64,000 nucleotides of DNA from NCBI GenBank assembly GCA_964016885.1, contig OZ024742.1, positions 137,330,001 to 137,394,000 on the forward strand. Direction: 5' to 3'. The position numbers and the translations under genes are program-made. Every line of letters starts with the position of its first letter. The first letter of the stretch is position 1. The DNA is from Eledone cirrhosa (taxonomy: Eukaryota). Positions 26,010 to 41,789 of the stretch are shown one piece after another. Below the pieces are notes generated by a model. The model worked only from the letters and a program-made list of their open reading frames with translations, was not told where the DNA came from and searched no databases.

Positions 26010-29000
26010 CTACAGCGTGATAATGCCACACAAGAGCCACGTGGAGTGACGCAACCACCGGAGGCGGTGAATCCACCGGTGGTTATGTAACCATACATTC
26101 GCCAATCCTCGATAAGAGTGTTTAAATGTCGAACCTAAACAGTTCGAATAACGGTGAAATGGAGACTAGGACGTCATGTGACAGACTCTCACCCACCAGG
26201 TGCTCCCTGGCTCAGCAGCAGGGCCCTGGCCGTCAACCAAATACTGCTGGTGTCGGAGGAAGAAGAAGAAGGAAAGGGACCAGAACCAACTGTACGAAAT
26301 AATTGAATAGAACTGTTATGCAATGTTACCTGAAAAGTAACCCCAAGGAGAGGGGCTATAGGAAACGGATGCATAACATCTGGAACGAGATTGGTCTATT
26401 TAAATTAGATGAACAAAAATTGGCCGGGCAGGCTCGGGTAATAAGAACTAATGGGTGGATAAGCGAGCTGGAACTGGAGGAACTGAGCAGAGAGATTAAC
26501 TTGGAGATGGAGGGTGGAGTATGCCAGGCAAACGAGCCAGTGGGAAATGAATGTGAAGAGGTCGAGAGAACGGAGGAACCACCCGAAGCAGAAAATGATC
26601 TCAATACTGAGATAAATAATACCTGGAACAGAGATACGGCCCATTGAGGAGATGAATGCTGACGGGCTAGGACATGATTTGGTTGATATCCTAAATTTAG
26701 TGGTAGATGAATTGAACAATGATAGTGGGAGACCTATGAACCTAAGATTTGTAGACAGGAAAAAGTTAAAACAATCAACAGCTAAGGTAAACAAAGTCAT
26801 CCCATACCTTGAGGCGAGGAGCCTTCACCAGTGCAACAATATCCTCAAAGCAACAGCAAATACGGTGAGGAAACTACTTGGTATAAAAGCGAGAGGAAAC
26901 AAAGGACAAGAAAGAGCAGAGCCTTGGTGGAAGAAACAACTGAGTGGTCAAATCAGGGAAATGAGAAATGACATTGGAAAGCTTGAGTCCCTACTGAATG
27001 GGACACTAAAAAACATAGACACTAAAAATAAACTGGAAATAAAGTACAAAACTAGGAGGAAAAAGCTAAATATTATCATAGAGGAACTGAAGCAACGAAT
27101 TGTAGCAAAGAGTGCAAAAATCAGGCGATACGAGAACAGAGTCAGTCAGTATAAACAGAACCGCATGTTCGACAACAACCAGAAGATGCTGTTTGGACAG
27201 CTTGAAGGGAAAGAAAGAGGCAACGACTTGATCCCTGAGGCGGAACAAACTAAAACATTCTGGAGAGGAATATGATAGCAGGATGTTAGACATAATGACC
27301 AGGCAGTGTGGATTGAGACAGTACAGAAGGAGATCAGTGACCAGGCACACCAACAAACTGATTTGAGTATCACAGTTGAAACTCTTAAGGGGCAGGCCAA
27401 AAATCTAACCAACTGGAAATCACCAGGCCCAGATGGTGTGCAGGGGTATTGGATTAAAAATATAACATCCCTCCACCCGAAACTGACAACCATGTTCAAT
27501 GACTGTTTGATGTCAGGTGAGGTACCAGAGTGGTTGACAAAAGGTACCACAGTTCTGATAATGAAAGACCGAATCAAGGGTAATGATGTTACCAACTATA
27601 AACCTATCACATGTCTGTCCGTAATGTGGAAACTGTTGACGAGTATTGTGTCTGAGGAAATCTACCATCACCTCCACACAAACAACTTGTTACCGGACGA
27701 ACAGAAAGGATGCCGAAAGAAGTCACGTGGTACAAAGGACCAGTTACTTATTGATAAGATGGTAATGGGGAATTGCAAGAGGAGACACACTGATCTTGCC
27801 ATGGGATGGATAGACTACAGAAAGGCATTTGACATGGTGCCTCATTCTTGGATCACCAAAAGCCTGGAGATCTTCGAGGTGGCAGATAACATCAGACAGT
27901 TGTTGGGCAAAAGTATGAGGTCCTGGGAAACAGAGTTGACATCAACTGGAGAATCCTTGAGAAGCGTGAAGATCAAGAGAGGTATCTTCCAGGGAGATAG
28001 CCTGTCCCCTCTGTTGTTTGTCCTTGTCCTGATGCCCCTGACCAGTGTACTGCGAAAAGTGAGAACAGGATACAGGTTGGGAAAGTGAGGGCTTACCATC
28101 AATCACCTTCTCTTCATGGACGATCTTAAGCTCTTCGGGAAGAGTGAGAAGGAGTTGGATGTGCTTGTTGACACTGTCCGTATTTTCAGCAGTGATATAT
28201 GTATGCAATTTGGTATTAGTAAGTGTGGAGTCATTGTGATGAGGAGGGGTAGGTTGAGCAGAAGTAACGGAATCCAGATACCAACAGGTGAGATGATAAA
28301 GGAAATTGACTCTGAGGAAGGATACAATATTTGGGCGTTCTGGAGGCTGATGGCATAAAGAACAAAAAAATGAAGGAATTGTTAAGAACTGAATACATTC
28401 GGAGAATAAGGAGCGTATTGAAGTCACATCTGAACAGTAGGAATGCCATAAGCGCAGTAAATTCCCGAGCTGTGTCTATTATTAGGTACAGTGTGGGAAT
28501 TCTGAGATGGAATGTTGCCTAACAAAAAGAAATGGATAGGAAGACTAGGAAGCTATTGACTATCTACAACATATTCCACAAGAGGAGCGATGTCGATAGA
28601 CTCTACTTAAGGAGATCTGAGGGTGGAAGAGGTCTTATCAGCATAGAGGACTGTGTTCAGATGGAGAAAAACAACCTACATAAATACGTGACTGATAGTA
28701 AGGAGCCAATGCTCATAACTGTACTGAAGGAGGGGAAAATAGGCCAGGGGATGTCCAAGGAGGAAATAACATCAAGGTGAAAGAGCAGCCTTCAGGAAAA
28801 ATCCCTTCATAGTACCTTCTTTGAGAAAACTGAATTTAGAGATCCACAGACATGGAACTGGTTGAAAAGAGGAGACCTTAAAAAGGCTACAGAAGGAATG
28901 TTAATGGCTGCGCAGGAGCAGGCCCTCAAAACGAAGTGGTTGAAACACCACATTTACAAGGAGGAGGCTAGCCCACTGTGCAGGATCTGTGGAGAGAGAG

Positions 29001-29625
29001 AGAGGAGACTGTGGCTCACCTTGTATCCGAGTGTAAACACCTAGCCCAGACCCACTATAAGGGCTGGGGACATGATGTGATGGGCAGGACGATCCACTGG
29101 CACCTCTGCAAAGTAAACAATTTACCCCATTCTGAGAAGTGGTATGAGCATAAGCCGGAGTCGGTGATAGAGAACGACCAGGTGAAGGTGCTGTGGGATT
29201 TTAGGATACAGACGGACAAGAAACTGGAACACAATAGACCTGGCCTGGTGGTTGTGGACAAAGAAAAAGATCGTGCCTGATTGTGGATGTGGCCTGCCCA
29301 TTCGACACGAGAGTGCAAGAGGAGAGGGAGAAAATTAACCGATACCAAGTCTTAAAGTGGGAGGTAAAAAAGATTTGGAACTTCCATGAAGTCAAAGTGA
29401 TCCCCATTGTCATAAGCGCACTAGGGACTATCTCCAAAAGTTTCCAGGGATGGTTAAAGAAAATCGGCCCCTTCACGCTTTTTGGAACGCTTCAAAAGGC
29501 ATGCTTGCTGGGGACAGCAAGAACCCTCCGATACGTCCTGAATATCTGAGGCTGCAGGTAGTGGCTTGAAATTCATTCCAACAAACCTTCCAGTTAACTA
29601 ACATCAATGACTGAGACTCAAGGTG
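26010..29625 (+). mobile_element. Dong/R4-clade non-LTR retrotransposon, near full length, degenerate
   Basis: Single ORF in pieces: RGYRKRMHNIW; WKSPGPDG...YKPITCL...WIDYRKAFD...GIFQGDSLSP; FMDD; CRIC..ETVAHLVSEC...HD; RLE-like NRPG(D)LVV...DVACP; ends at (TAA)n; 5' boundary approximate. Confidence 0.88.
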
Positions 29626-29632
29626 TAATAAC

Positions 29633-29660
<28 letters not shown>

Positions 29661-29664
<4 letters not shown>

Positions 29665-32265
29665 CATTGGAAAGCTTGAGTCCCTACTGATGGGACACTA
29701 CAAAACATAGACACTAAAAATAGACTGGAAGTAAAGTACAAAACTAGGCGGAAAAAGCTAAATATTATCATAGAGGAACTGAAGCAACGAATTGTAGCAA
29801 AGAGTGCAAAGATTAGGCGATATGAGAGCAGTGTCAGTCAGTATAGACAAAACCACATGTTTGACAACAACCAGAAGATGTTGTTTGGACTGCTTGAAGG
29901 GAAAGAAAGGGGCGACGACTTCATCCCTGAGGCGGAACAGACTAAGACATTCTGGAGAGGAATATGGGAGAAGGATGTTAAACACAATGATCAGGCAGTG
30001 TGGATTGAGACAGTACAAAAGGAGATTAGTGAACAGGCACACCAACAAACTGATTTGAGTATCACAGTTGAAACTCTTAAGGGGCAGGCCAAAAAACTAA
30101 CCAACTGGAAATCACCAGGCCCAGATGGTGTGCATGGGTATTGGATTAAAAATATAACATCCCTCCACCCGAAACTGACAACGATGTTCAATGACTGCTT
30201 GATGTCAGGTGAGGTACCAGAGTGGTTGACAAAAGGTACCACAGTTCTGGTAATGAAAGACCGAATCAAGGGTAATGATGTTACCAACTATAGACCTATC
30301 ATATGTCTGTCCGTAATGTGGAAACTATTAACAAGCATTGTGTCTGAGGAAATCTACCATCACCTCCACATAAACAACTTGTTATCGGACAAACAGAAAG
30401 GATGCCGAAAGAAGTCCCGTAGCACAAAGGACCAGTTACTTATTGATAAGATGGTAATGAGGAATTGCAAGAGGAGAGACACTGGTCTTGCCATGGGATG
30501 GATAGACTACAAAAAGGCATTCGACATGTTACTTCATGCTTGGGGAACCAAAATCCTAGAGATCTTCAAGGTGGCAGATAACATCAGACAGATGTTGAGC
30601 AAAAGTATGAAGTCCTGGAAAACAGAGTTAACATCGGGTGGAGAGTACATGGGAGGCGTGAAGATCAAAAGAGGTATCTTCCAGGCAGATAGTTTGTCCC
30701 CTCTGTTATTTGTCCTTTCCCTAATAACCCTGACCATTATACTGCGAAAAGTGAGAGCAGGATATAAGTTGGGAAATGGAGAGCTTACCATCAATCACCT
30801 CCTCTTCATGGACGATCTTAAGCCCTTCGGGAAGAGTGAGGAGTTGGATGTATTTGTTGGCACTGTCCGTATTTTCAGCAATGATATATGTATGCTATTT
30901 GGTATTAAAAAGTGTGGAGTCCTAGTGATGAAGCGGGTTAAATTGAGCAGATGCAACGGAATCCAGGTACCAACAGATGAGATGATAAAGGAAATTGACA
31001 CTGAAGAAGGATACAAATATTTAGGTGTTCGGGAGGCAGATGACATCAAGAACAAAAAATGAAGGAATCGATAAGATCTGAGTACATTCGGAGAGTTAGG
31101 AGCGTATTAAAATCACATCTGAACAGTTGGAATGACATAAGTGCAGTAAATCCCCGAGCTGTGTCTATTATTATGTACAGTGCGGGAATTCTGAGATGGA
31201 ATGTTGCTGAACAAAAAGAAATGGATAGGAATACTAGGAAGCTATTGACTATCTACAACATGTTCCACAAGAGGAGTGATGTCGATAGACTCTACTTAAA
31301 GAGATCTGAAGGTGGAAGAGGTGTTATCAGCATAGAGGACTGTGTTCAGATGGATAAAAACAACCTACACAAATACGTGACTGATAGTAAGGAGCCAATG
31401 CTCAGAATTGTACTGAAGGAGAGGACAATAGACCAGGGGATGTCCAAGGAGGAAATGACAAAAAGGGGGAAGAGCAACATCATGAAAAATCCCTTCTTTG
31501 AGAAAACTGAATTTAGAGATCCACAGACATGGAACTGGATGAAAAGAGGACACCTTAAAAAGGCTACAGAATGAATGCTAATGGCTGCACAAGAACAGGA
31601 CCTCAAAACGAAGTGGGTGAAACACCATATTTACAAGGAGGAGGCTAGCCCACTGTGCCGGATCTGTGGAGAGAGAGAGGAAACTGTGGCTCACATTGTA
31701 TCCGAGTGTAAACACCTAGCCTAGACTCACTATAAAGGCTGGAGACATGATGTGATGGGAAGGGTGATCCACTGGCACCTATGCAAAGTAAACAATTTAC
31801 CACATAGAAAACGATCAGGTGAAGGTGCTGTGGGATTTTAGAATACAGACGGAGAAGAAACTGGAACATAACAGGCCTAACCTGGTGGTTTTGGACAAGT
31901 AAAAAAGATCGTGCCTGATTGTGGATGTAGCCTGCCCATTTGACACGAGAGTGCAAGAAAAGGAGAGGGAGAAAATTAACCGATACCAGGACTTAAAATG
32001 GGAGGTAAAAATGATTTGGAACTGCCATGAAGTCAGAGTCCTCCCGATTGTCATAGGCGCACTAGGTACTATCTAAAAGAGTTTCCAAGGATGGTTAAAG
32101 AAAATTAGTCTAGCCCCGCTTTTTGGAACACTTCAAAAGGCATGCTTGCTGGGAACAGCAAGAACCCTCCGATACGTCCTGAATATCTGAGGCTGCAGGT
32201 AGTGGCTTGATATCCATTTCAACAAACTTTCCAGTTAAATAACATCAATGACTGAGACTCAAAGA
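29661..32265 (+). mobile_element. Dong/R4-clade LINE, 5'-truncated second copy in tandem
   Basis: Colinear with 26968-29625; starts directly after the (TAA)n tail of copy 1; ends at (AAT)n. Confidence 0.9.
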
Positions 32266-32284
32266 ACAATAATAATAATAATTG

Positions 32285-32470
32285 TTTCTAGTTTAGGCAC
32301 AATGCCAGCAAATTACCCAGTGCATAACTGGTACTTTATTTTATCGACCCCGTAAGGATGAAAGGCAAGGTCAACCTCGGCGGGATTTGAACTCAGATCG
32401 TAAAGGGACGTAACTATGCTGGAAAGCATGGCGTCCGACACTCTACGGATACTGCCAATCCACCGTCCTC
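32285..32470 (-). mobile_element. tRNA-derived SINE, full length
   Basis: Minus strand ggattggcagtatccgtagagtgtcggac...gagttcaaatcccgccgaggttgaccttgcctttcatccttacggggtcgataaaataaagtaccag. Confidence 0.8.
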
Positions 32471-32474
32471 CAAC

Positions 32475-32530
<56 letters not shown>

Positions 32531-34813
32531 GGTAAAAGGAAATAATTAAAATGGCTGCGAAAACAATGCAGTTATACATGTCATATGCAACAATAATTAC
32601 TGGTGAATCTACCACAATGTTTATGCGAATCCATGCTGGCTTTGACAAGAATTAGATCTTCGTAACTACGTAATGTAAATCAGCATCGAATTTCCAGTGG
32701 CTGGACTATACAATTAATAGATCAGTAGTGAAGATATAGAAGACGGAGGAAAACCTGGACTAAACTAATTGAAAACGGCTTTTAGAGTAATTGATTCATA
32801 ATTTATTAATGGGATGGTGCAGTGTCACAAAACTTTATTGACGTTTACAGATAAATATCTTTCAGGCAGCTTGTCTTTGCGACTGTCTGACATTCTCAAT
32901 GCCTGTGTGTACTTTGAAAACCAATGTGTATTACTCTGTATATTTATGGACGTCTCCTTAAACGTATGTTTATATGTATACATGTCTGTAACCATGTGTA
33001 TATTCATAGCAAATGTTTTCTATCTGTGTACCTATGACTGTATTGATGTATGATGTATGTATGCATGTACGTATGTTTGAAAGTATATTTGTATATATAT
33101 ATATATGTCAACAAATTTATGCGTAAACGTTGTTATAACTATTAATGCCACTATCTAGTATCTATGATCAGTATGCCATTCTTTTGTTCAGATATATGTA
33201 TGACCCATGATGACCGATAACTCGTGTCATGTCTGGTTCTACGTTGCTACAGTCACCAGGATATTTAACCGGTAATTCTATCAAGTAGTAGATACAGTGT
33301 GACGAGTATATCTCATCAATATAAGCTAGTACAGCATTATAGAGTTAATGAATATACCAGGAGTATCTGCGAAGTGAAATGCTACCCTTTTTGTCAATTT
33401 TCCACTCACACACAAACAAATCTCTGATGTACCCAACTTAAATGATTACAAAAATACTATCTAAATAGTATTATTGGTAAAACCCGTATTGACTGATGTG
33501 TTCCAATGATGTTTAGGAGTTTTAAACAATTCAATAAGAGTTTTTCACCTGATAAAACACAAGAAGATGTTTTGATCTTAAAATAATTCCCCAATGAAGC
33601 TCACTCACTCAGCAAATTATCTTGATTAGAAGAAACAGTTAATATTAATGTTCAAACTAATTTTGAAGTTTACAGAAATTAGAAAATTTGCAAATAAAAC
33701 GCCTCGTGACGTTTGTCAAATCACCCTTTTTTAGTTGAAATCAAACATTGTTACTTAATCGGTAAAATCGATATCAACCAACGGCTGGACTCGATAAAAT
33801 GATCTATGTGTTGTCAAGAAATGACAATCTACATACAAATGGATGGCATAGAACGCTTCTTAGAAAGCCATATTTATACCTAATTGGTATGAATTTATAA
33901 TCCTACCCAGAATGCTGTGTCTTTCAGCATACAATGATCGATAACATTTACACCAGACCAAGCTATAGGGTAATACATCGACTAGTCAGTTCTACTACAA
34001 TTTTTTAAATTGCCAGATTTAGAAATAAATATTAAATTGCAGAGTGTTACATTATATTTTATATAATATTTGATCGTTATTACATTTTTCTTTTTTGTTT
34101 CTACCCACTAAATATCAACATTAGCGCCACTTAAGTTTTTGTTTTGAATGTATTTATGTACATATATATCTATATCTGTGTGTGTGGGAGGGAGGGGGTG
34201 TATGCGTATGTGTGTATGCGTGTGTGTGTGTATGTGTGTGTGTATATATTTATATGTATACATATATATATGTGTGTGTGTGTGTGTGTGTCTGTGTATA
34301 TATATATATATACATGGATATATATATATATATATTACCAAAATCAAAATTTCAAGTGAGAATAGTATTTTCCATGAATGTGTGTTAAAACTCTTTTACA
34401 CATCACACACACCCCACTCAGTGCCCCCCTCCACACACACACACACACACACAGATACACACCACACATTCACACAGACTTATATTTATTCATTGCTACC
34501 GTAGCAGTGTTTATATAATTATGCTTTCTTCAATATAATATTTAGTGATTGAAATAATACCTTATGTATTGCTCCATGTCTCATTAATATTTTGATATAT
34601 CACATATAATTCCATAAATCCAATGCAATACAATTTTATTGTGCACGACATCTTGAGTAGCTAAAAGGAAATTTATGTTCGTATCGATTATGTTCCTAGT
34701 GCTTACTTTATGTCACCAGCTGAAATAAAATTTAGAATAAAATATTTTAACGAGAAATAAGAATGAAATACAATAAAATTAGTAAGAATAAAATAATATG
34801 CGCTCCAAATTTC

Positions 34814-35006
34814 GACAACTATTTGACGGAATTCAATGTAGACAACTATTTGACGGTATTCAATGTAGACAACTATTTGACGGTATTCAATGTAGACAAC
34901 TATTTGACGGTATTCAATGTAGACAACTATTTGACGGTATTCAATGTAGACAACTATTTGACGGTATTCAATGTAGATAACTATTTGACGGTATTCAATG
35001 TAGACA
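34814..35006 (+). repeat. 27-bp minisatellite, 7 full copies
   Basis: gacaactatttgacggtattcaatgta repeated head-to-tail without spacers; 2 substitutions overall. Confidence 0.95.
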
Positions 35007-35486
35007 CATACGAATCTGTTTTTGTGGTTGACTCGAAGTGAATAAATGCCTAGTATTCATAACATAAGGTTTTTCTCATACAGTTTTCTCAAGCCAGCCA
35101 ATCTATAGGTTTTGTAGATATACCCAGTGAATTGCCACTTTCTGCATTTTCAGTTTAAAAGCAACAGAAACTTGTCCGGAGTTGTCACAGTCCTTTACAT
35201 AACAGATTAACTCTCTTTTTCAATTACCTTATTTGATAATGTATAACTTAAGTTCATGATTTGCCTCTCTTACCATTAATTAATCTTCTAATAAATGTTT
35301 TTCATTGCTATTAGTGTAATATTAGTTTATTGGAATCATTAGTGTCTTTCAAGATTACTAACCACTACCAGGCCCAAACACACGCAGTGTACGTCTACAC
35401 ACCCATACCAGCAACTTTAAAATACATCTTTAGATTTATCTCCCTTTATTTCTAGTGACACAACAGCCATATTGTGTTAACAGCCC

Positions 35487-35640
35487 AGTATCGGTAGAGT
35501 ATCAGACACCATGTTTTGTAGCACGGAGTTATGGCCCTTTACGTTCTGAGTTCAAATCCCATCCTTTCATCCTTACGGAGTCGATAAAATAAAGTACCAG
35601 TAATGTACTGATGGTAATTGTTGCCATTGTGCCAAAAGAA
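35487..35640 (+). mobile_element. tRNA-derived SINE (internal deletion)
   Basis: cagtatcggtagagtatcagac...gagttcaaatccc...ctttcatccttacggagtcgataaaataaagtaccag. Confidence 0.75.
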
Positions 35641-35987
35641 TAAACAATTATTAATGCTCTCTACATATTTCACTATTTTAACATCTCACAGACAGCAATA
35701 TTTACTTTTAGTTTGGGATCAGCCAAATCTATTGGATGCATTAAAAACATTAGAGGCCAACAAGAAATTTATTTTCCGGATGTTGGTGCCACTACATATA
35801 CTTCGCTTTCGACGGCAATCTACTTAATAATCACGTTGCCGTATATCTTCAAAATCACGGAGAATAGTCGGTGGTAGTCATTGACAGTTTTACTAATAAG
35901 ATATATAGACATTCTTAAGAAATGAGTACTCGTAAATTTGTTTGGAATCTTACCCACTTACACAACATCATTTCCATATATACATCC

Positions 35988-37976
<1,989 letters not shown>

Positions 37977-37978
<2 letters not shown>

Positions 37979-39806
37979 ACGAAGGAAATGTGGTAAGGAA
38001 CCAGGTGGACCATAACGCACCAAAGTACTCAATACTTGGGGTAGTAGAGTGGGTAATAGGAACAAGTAAGACCCCGACGGCTGTGCTCAAGCCGTTTCGA
38101 CGGCTAATTCTGTACTGAATGAAAATGTATTCTGGTATTTAAATAGCCGAGCTTATCAAGGGGTAATTCCATATATGGTCAAAGAGATAATCAACAGGAT
38201 TGGTCACATCACAAGTTAGTAGAAAATCTGTGATGGCAAATTGGTGGGGGAAGGGGTAGCTAAACCTGCCGGTAGGAGAAAAAGGGAGGGGGGTGGAGTA
38301 GACCCATTCATGCGTTGGTAGTGCCAGCTACAGCTGGGTGTGAGGTCAAAGAGGATACTGGGGAGGGGGAGGGGGAGGAGGTCGAAACGGTAAGTAGAAC
38401 AATGAGGGTAAAACTATAAAGGGTACTGAGAGAAAAAAAAAAAAATAAGCAAAGTCTGGTTACTAAGACTTAAGTCTCTCGCTATTGCTAGGCTAAAGAA
38501 ATACATAAATAAATAAATAAACAAATAAGTGAATAAAAGAATAGATAAATAAATTTTAAAAAAAAGTTTATATATATATATATAATGTAGAATGAAAAAA
38601 AAAAAATAATAATAATAATAGAAATAAACTAGGTGGGGCGGAAATAAAGGGACCCTTATACGAGGGGGGTGGGGGCCAGAATACTAAAGAGATTACCACG
38701 AAATATTAAAGGTTTCTACCCCAATCACAGGGCCAGCAACCACCCAGTGCAAGAAAGTAAAGTAGTACGAGAAAATAAATCAGGGTCCCGCAAACAAATA
38801 CTAGTGCTAACTCTAAGGGTAACGCCACGAAACAAAAAGTCTTATACAAGCTACATGAAAGATCGTACGAAGTAAAAGTAAAGAACGGAAAATTAATACA
38901 GGAACACCCCCCCCCCCCCAACAAAAAAAGGGAAAAAGAAGAAAGAAGGGGGGGGGGGGTTCCTGTATTAATTTTCCGTTCTTTACTTTTACTTCGTACG
39001 ATCTTTCATGTAGCTTGTATAAGACTTGTTGTTTCGTGGCGGTACCCTTAGAGTTTTTCGTACTAGTTTACTTTCTTGCACTGGGTGGTTGCTGGCCCTG
39101 TGATTGGGGTAGACACCTTTATTATTTCGTGGTAGTCTCTTTAGTATTCTGCCCCCCCCCCCCCCCTTGTTGACCCGTCACCGTACGATACACGCACTTA
39201 TACCTCGTATAAGAGTCCCTTTATTTCCGTCCCACCTAGTTTATTTCTATTATTATTATTTTTTTTTTTTAATCTACATTATATATATATATATATATAC
39301 TTTTTTTTAAATTTATTTATCTATTCTTTTATTCACTTATTTGTTTATTTATTTATTTATGTATTTCTTTAGCCTAGCAATAGCGAGAGACTTAAGTCTT
39401 AGTAACCAGACTTTGCTTATTGTTTTTTTCTCTCTCAGTACCTTTTATAGTTTTACCCTCATTGTTCTACTTACCGTTTCGACCTCCTCCCCCTCCCCCT
39501 CCCCAGTATCCTCTTTGACCTCACACCCAGCTGTAGCTGGCACTACCAACGCATGAATGGGTCTACTCCACCCCCTCCCTTTTTCTCCTACCGGCAGGTT
39601 TAGCTACCCCTTCCCCCACCAATTTGCCATCACAGATTTACTACTAACTTGTGATGTGACCAATCCTGGTGATTATCTCTTTGACCATATATGGAATTAC
39701 CCCTTGATAAGCTCGGCTATTTAAATACCAGAATAAATTTTCATTCAGTACAGAATTAGCCGTCGAAACGGCTTGAGCTCAGCCGTCGGGGTCTTACTTG
39801 TTCCTA
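37977..39806. mobile_element. Family D long form: 1.8-kb palindrome in (TA)n
   Basis: Arms of about 860 nt (38056-38920 vs 38948-39806) with high identity; 27-nt purine-rich spacer between C-run and G-run; left arm carries the 80-nt tail. Confidence 0.9.
39699..39792 (+). ncRNA. Type I hammerhead, U3:A8 core, long stem II loop (family D)
   Basis: acccc TTGATAA gctcggcta...tagccgtc GAAAC ggct tgagctc agcc GTC ggggt; inverted copy near 38071-38164. Confidence 0.78.
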
Positions 39807-39901
39807 TATATATATATATATATATATATTACGTTATTATAGTTAAGATTCAAGCAGCATCATCAATAATAACAACAATATATACAATATATATATATTT
39901 T

Positions 39902-39940
<39 letters not shown>

Positions 39941-39945
<5 letters not shown>

Positions 39946-40772
39946 TTAGAAACACACAGATACATGCGGACACACACATATATACATGAATGCATCCGCA
40001 CCCAACTGTGAGTTAAGGATGCCAACTTCACCGATGTTGCTCAATGAATGACTGGGACATATATGATATATTGTTTTTGTTTATGCCACGAAACTACGTA
40101 GTCGAGGAATTTAGGAGCAGTTTAGGTATGATACATTTTATTACTAATTATATCTAAATGTTTCCTCTCTCTTCATAATGTATTTTTAACTCTGATACTG
40201 GTTCAGTCTAGTTCAACTGAATTGGTCTGTCCCAGTCATTCATTGAGCAACATCGGTGAAGTTGGCACCCTTAACTCACAGTTGGGTGCGAATGCATTCA
40301 TGTATATATGTGTGTGTCTGCATGTATCTGTGTGTTTCTAAATATATTGTTAATAACTCCCTCTGGTCGAGCAATCTTTGAAGTGTGGGGACAGCTGGAA
40401 AACTTCCATTACTCATACTTCTCGCCTTCTTCACCACCTCTTCTACGGCCTCGATATAAATACCCCCTCCGCCTCCGTGGTATTTTCTTCGGGGTTATAA
40501 GAGGCTTAGCTCTGTTTCTCGACCGTTATATCGCGTGACTATCTCCCCCTCCGCCTTTTGGGATTCTTTCTCACGTCGTGTAGACGCGTTCTTGAGACTA
40601 GTAAAATGAGGTATCCTCTTGATAAGTCGGCAGACCTCGCAAGGACTCTATATCTTTATGATATATTGTTTTTGTTTATGCCACGAAACTACGTAGTCGA
40701 GGAATTTAGGAGCAGTTTAGGTATGATACATTTTATTACTAATTATATCTAAATGTTTCTTCTCTCTTCATA

Positions 40773-40778
<6 letters not shown>
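39941..40778 (+). mobile_element. Family J retrozyme-like element (direct terminal repeat with HHR, plus inverted 5' segment)
   Basis: 40063-40182 repeats at 40658-40777; 39941-40058 inverted vs 40228-40346; no credible ORF; TA flanks. Confidence 0.8.
40614..40703 (+). ncRNA. Type I hammerhead, U3:A8 core (family J)
   Basis: tcctc TTGATAA gtcggca...tgccac GAAAC tacgta GTC gagga; stem III is the palindrome actacgtagt. Confidence 0.78.
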
Positions 40779-40862
<84 letters not shown>

Positions 40863-41789
40863 TTGCAAAATACAAAGAACAACCTGCTTTCTTATTGAGA
40901 AAACGTTTGTTGTGCCTATTGTTGTTATTATTGTTGATGCTGCTTAAATCTTAACTATAATAACGTAAGGAGTGCGGGACTGCGTACTGTTTATTGTTTA
41001 ATCCAGTTAGTAAAATAAGATGGATTACTTTAAATAGATAATGAATGAATATTACATCATTTATGTACTAAATTTCGTAGTTTTTTATTAATTAAATTTA
41101 ATATAAATAATTTTGTTACTTATTTAAAATTGACTTCTTTTGAAAGTTTGAAATGTCTACACTTCCACTATATCATCGCCACCACCACCACTTCAACTAC
41201 CGTATATATATAGAAAGAGAGAGTGTTTGATGATAGAGATACTGAAAGATAGAGTTATTATTGTTTTTAACACGCTGACGCGTATGTGTGTGTACGAGCA
41301 CATACATACATCTATATGTATGTGTATATAACTATTATGAGTATATAACTATAATCGCGCAAACAAAAACTTATAAAAATACACGCTTATACATTCACAC
41401 AAATACACATACTTTCACACATATACATTTACACAAACACACATTCACACATACATTTACGCAAACACACACATACAGTCATGATAGCAGCGTTCGGTGA
41501 ATTGGAAATAGGAGGGTAAAACAAGTATAACGTTTTATTTATTTATTAACAACACAGTTTAACTATTTAAAAATAAAACTCATTTGTATAAAAATTTAAT
41601 ATAATGCTTACAGAACGAAAACACTAACAAATCTAATATATATAAAGGAAAGGGAAAAGAAAAAAAAGAGAGGGACAAAATACACAAGCACGTAATACAA
41701 ACATCTAAGACTACATAGAACAAAATGCAGGCGAAAGAGTGGTAAATGAGACGCTACCAGAACAAAAGATAGCAATATAGCGAGGAGCA

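Larger units (their letters stand above)
39829..40966. repeat. Outer 50-bp inverted repeat enclosing family J
   Basis: tacgttattatagttaagattcaagcagcatcatcaataataacaacaata (39829-39879) vs its near reverse complement at 40917-40966. Confidence 0.7.

Noticed and set aside
26010-26130. HDV-like ribozyme at the 5' end of the Dong/R4 element
   Set aside because: GC-rich hairpins are present (aaccaccgga...tccaccggtggtt) but I could not fit the nested double pseudoknot by eye; needs an RNArobo or Infernal search
19677-31606. Antisense ORFs overlapping the LINEs
   Set aside because: Shadow frames of retroelement coding sequence
34814-35006. CRISPR array
   Set aside because: Repeats are contiguous with no spacers, there are no cas genes, and the context is eukaryotic
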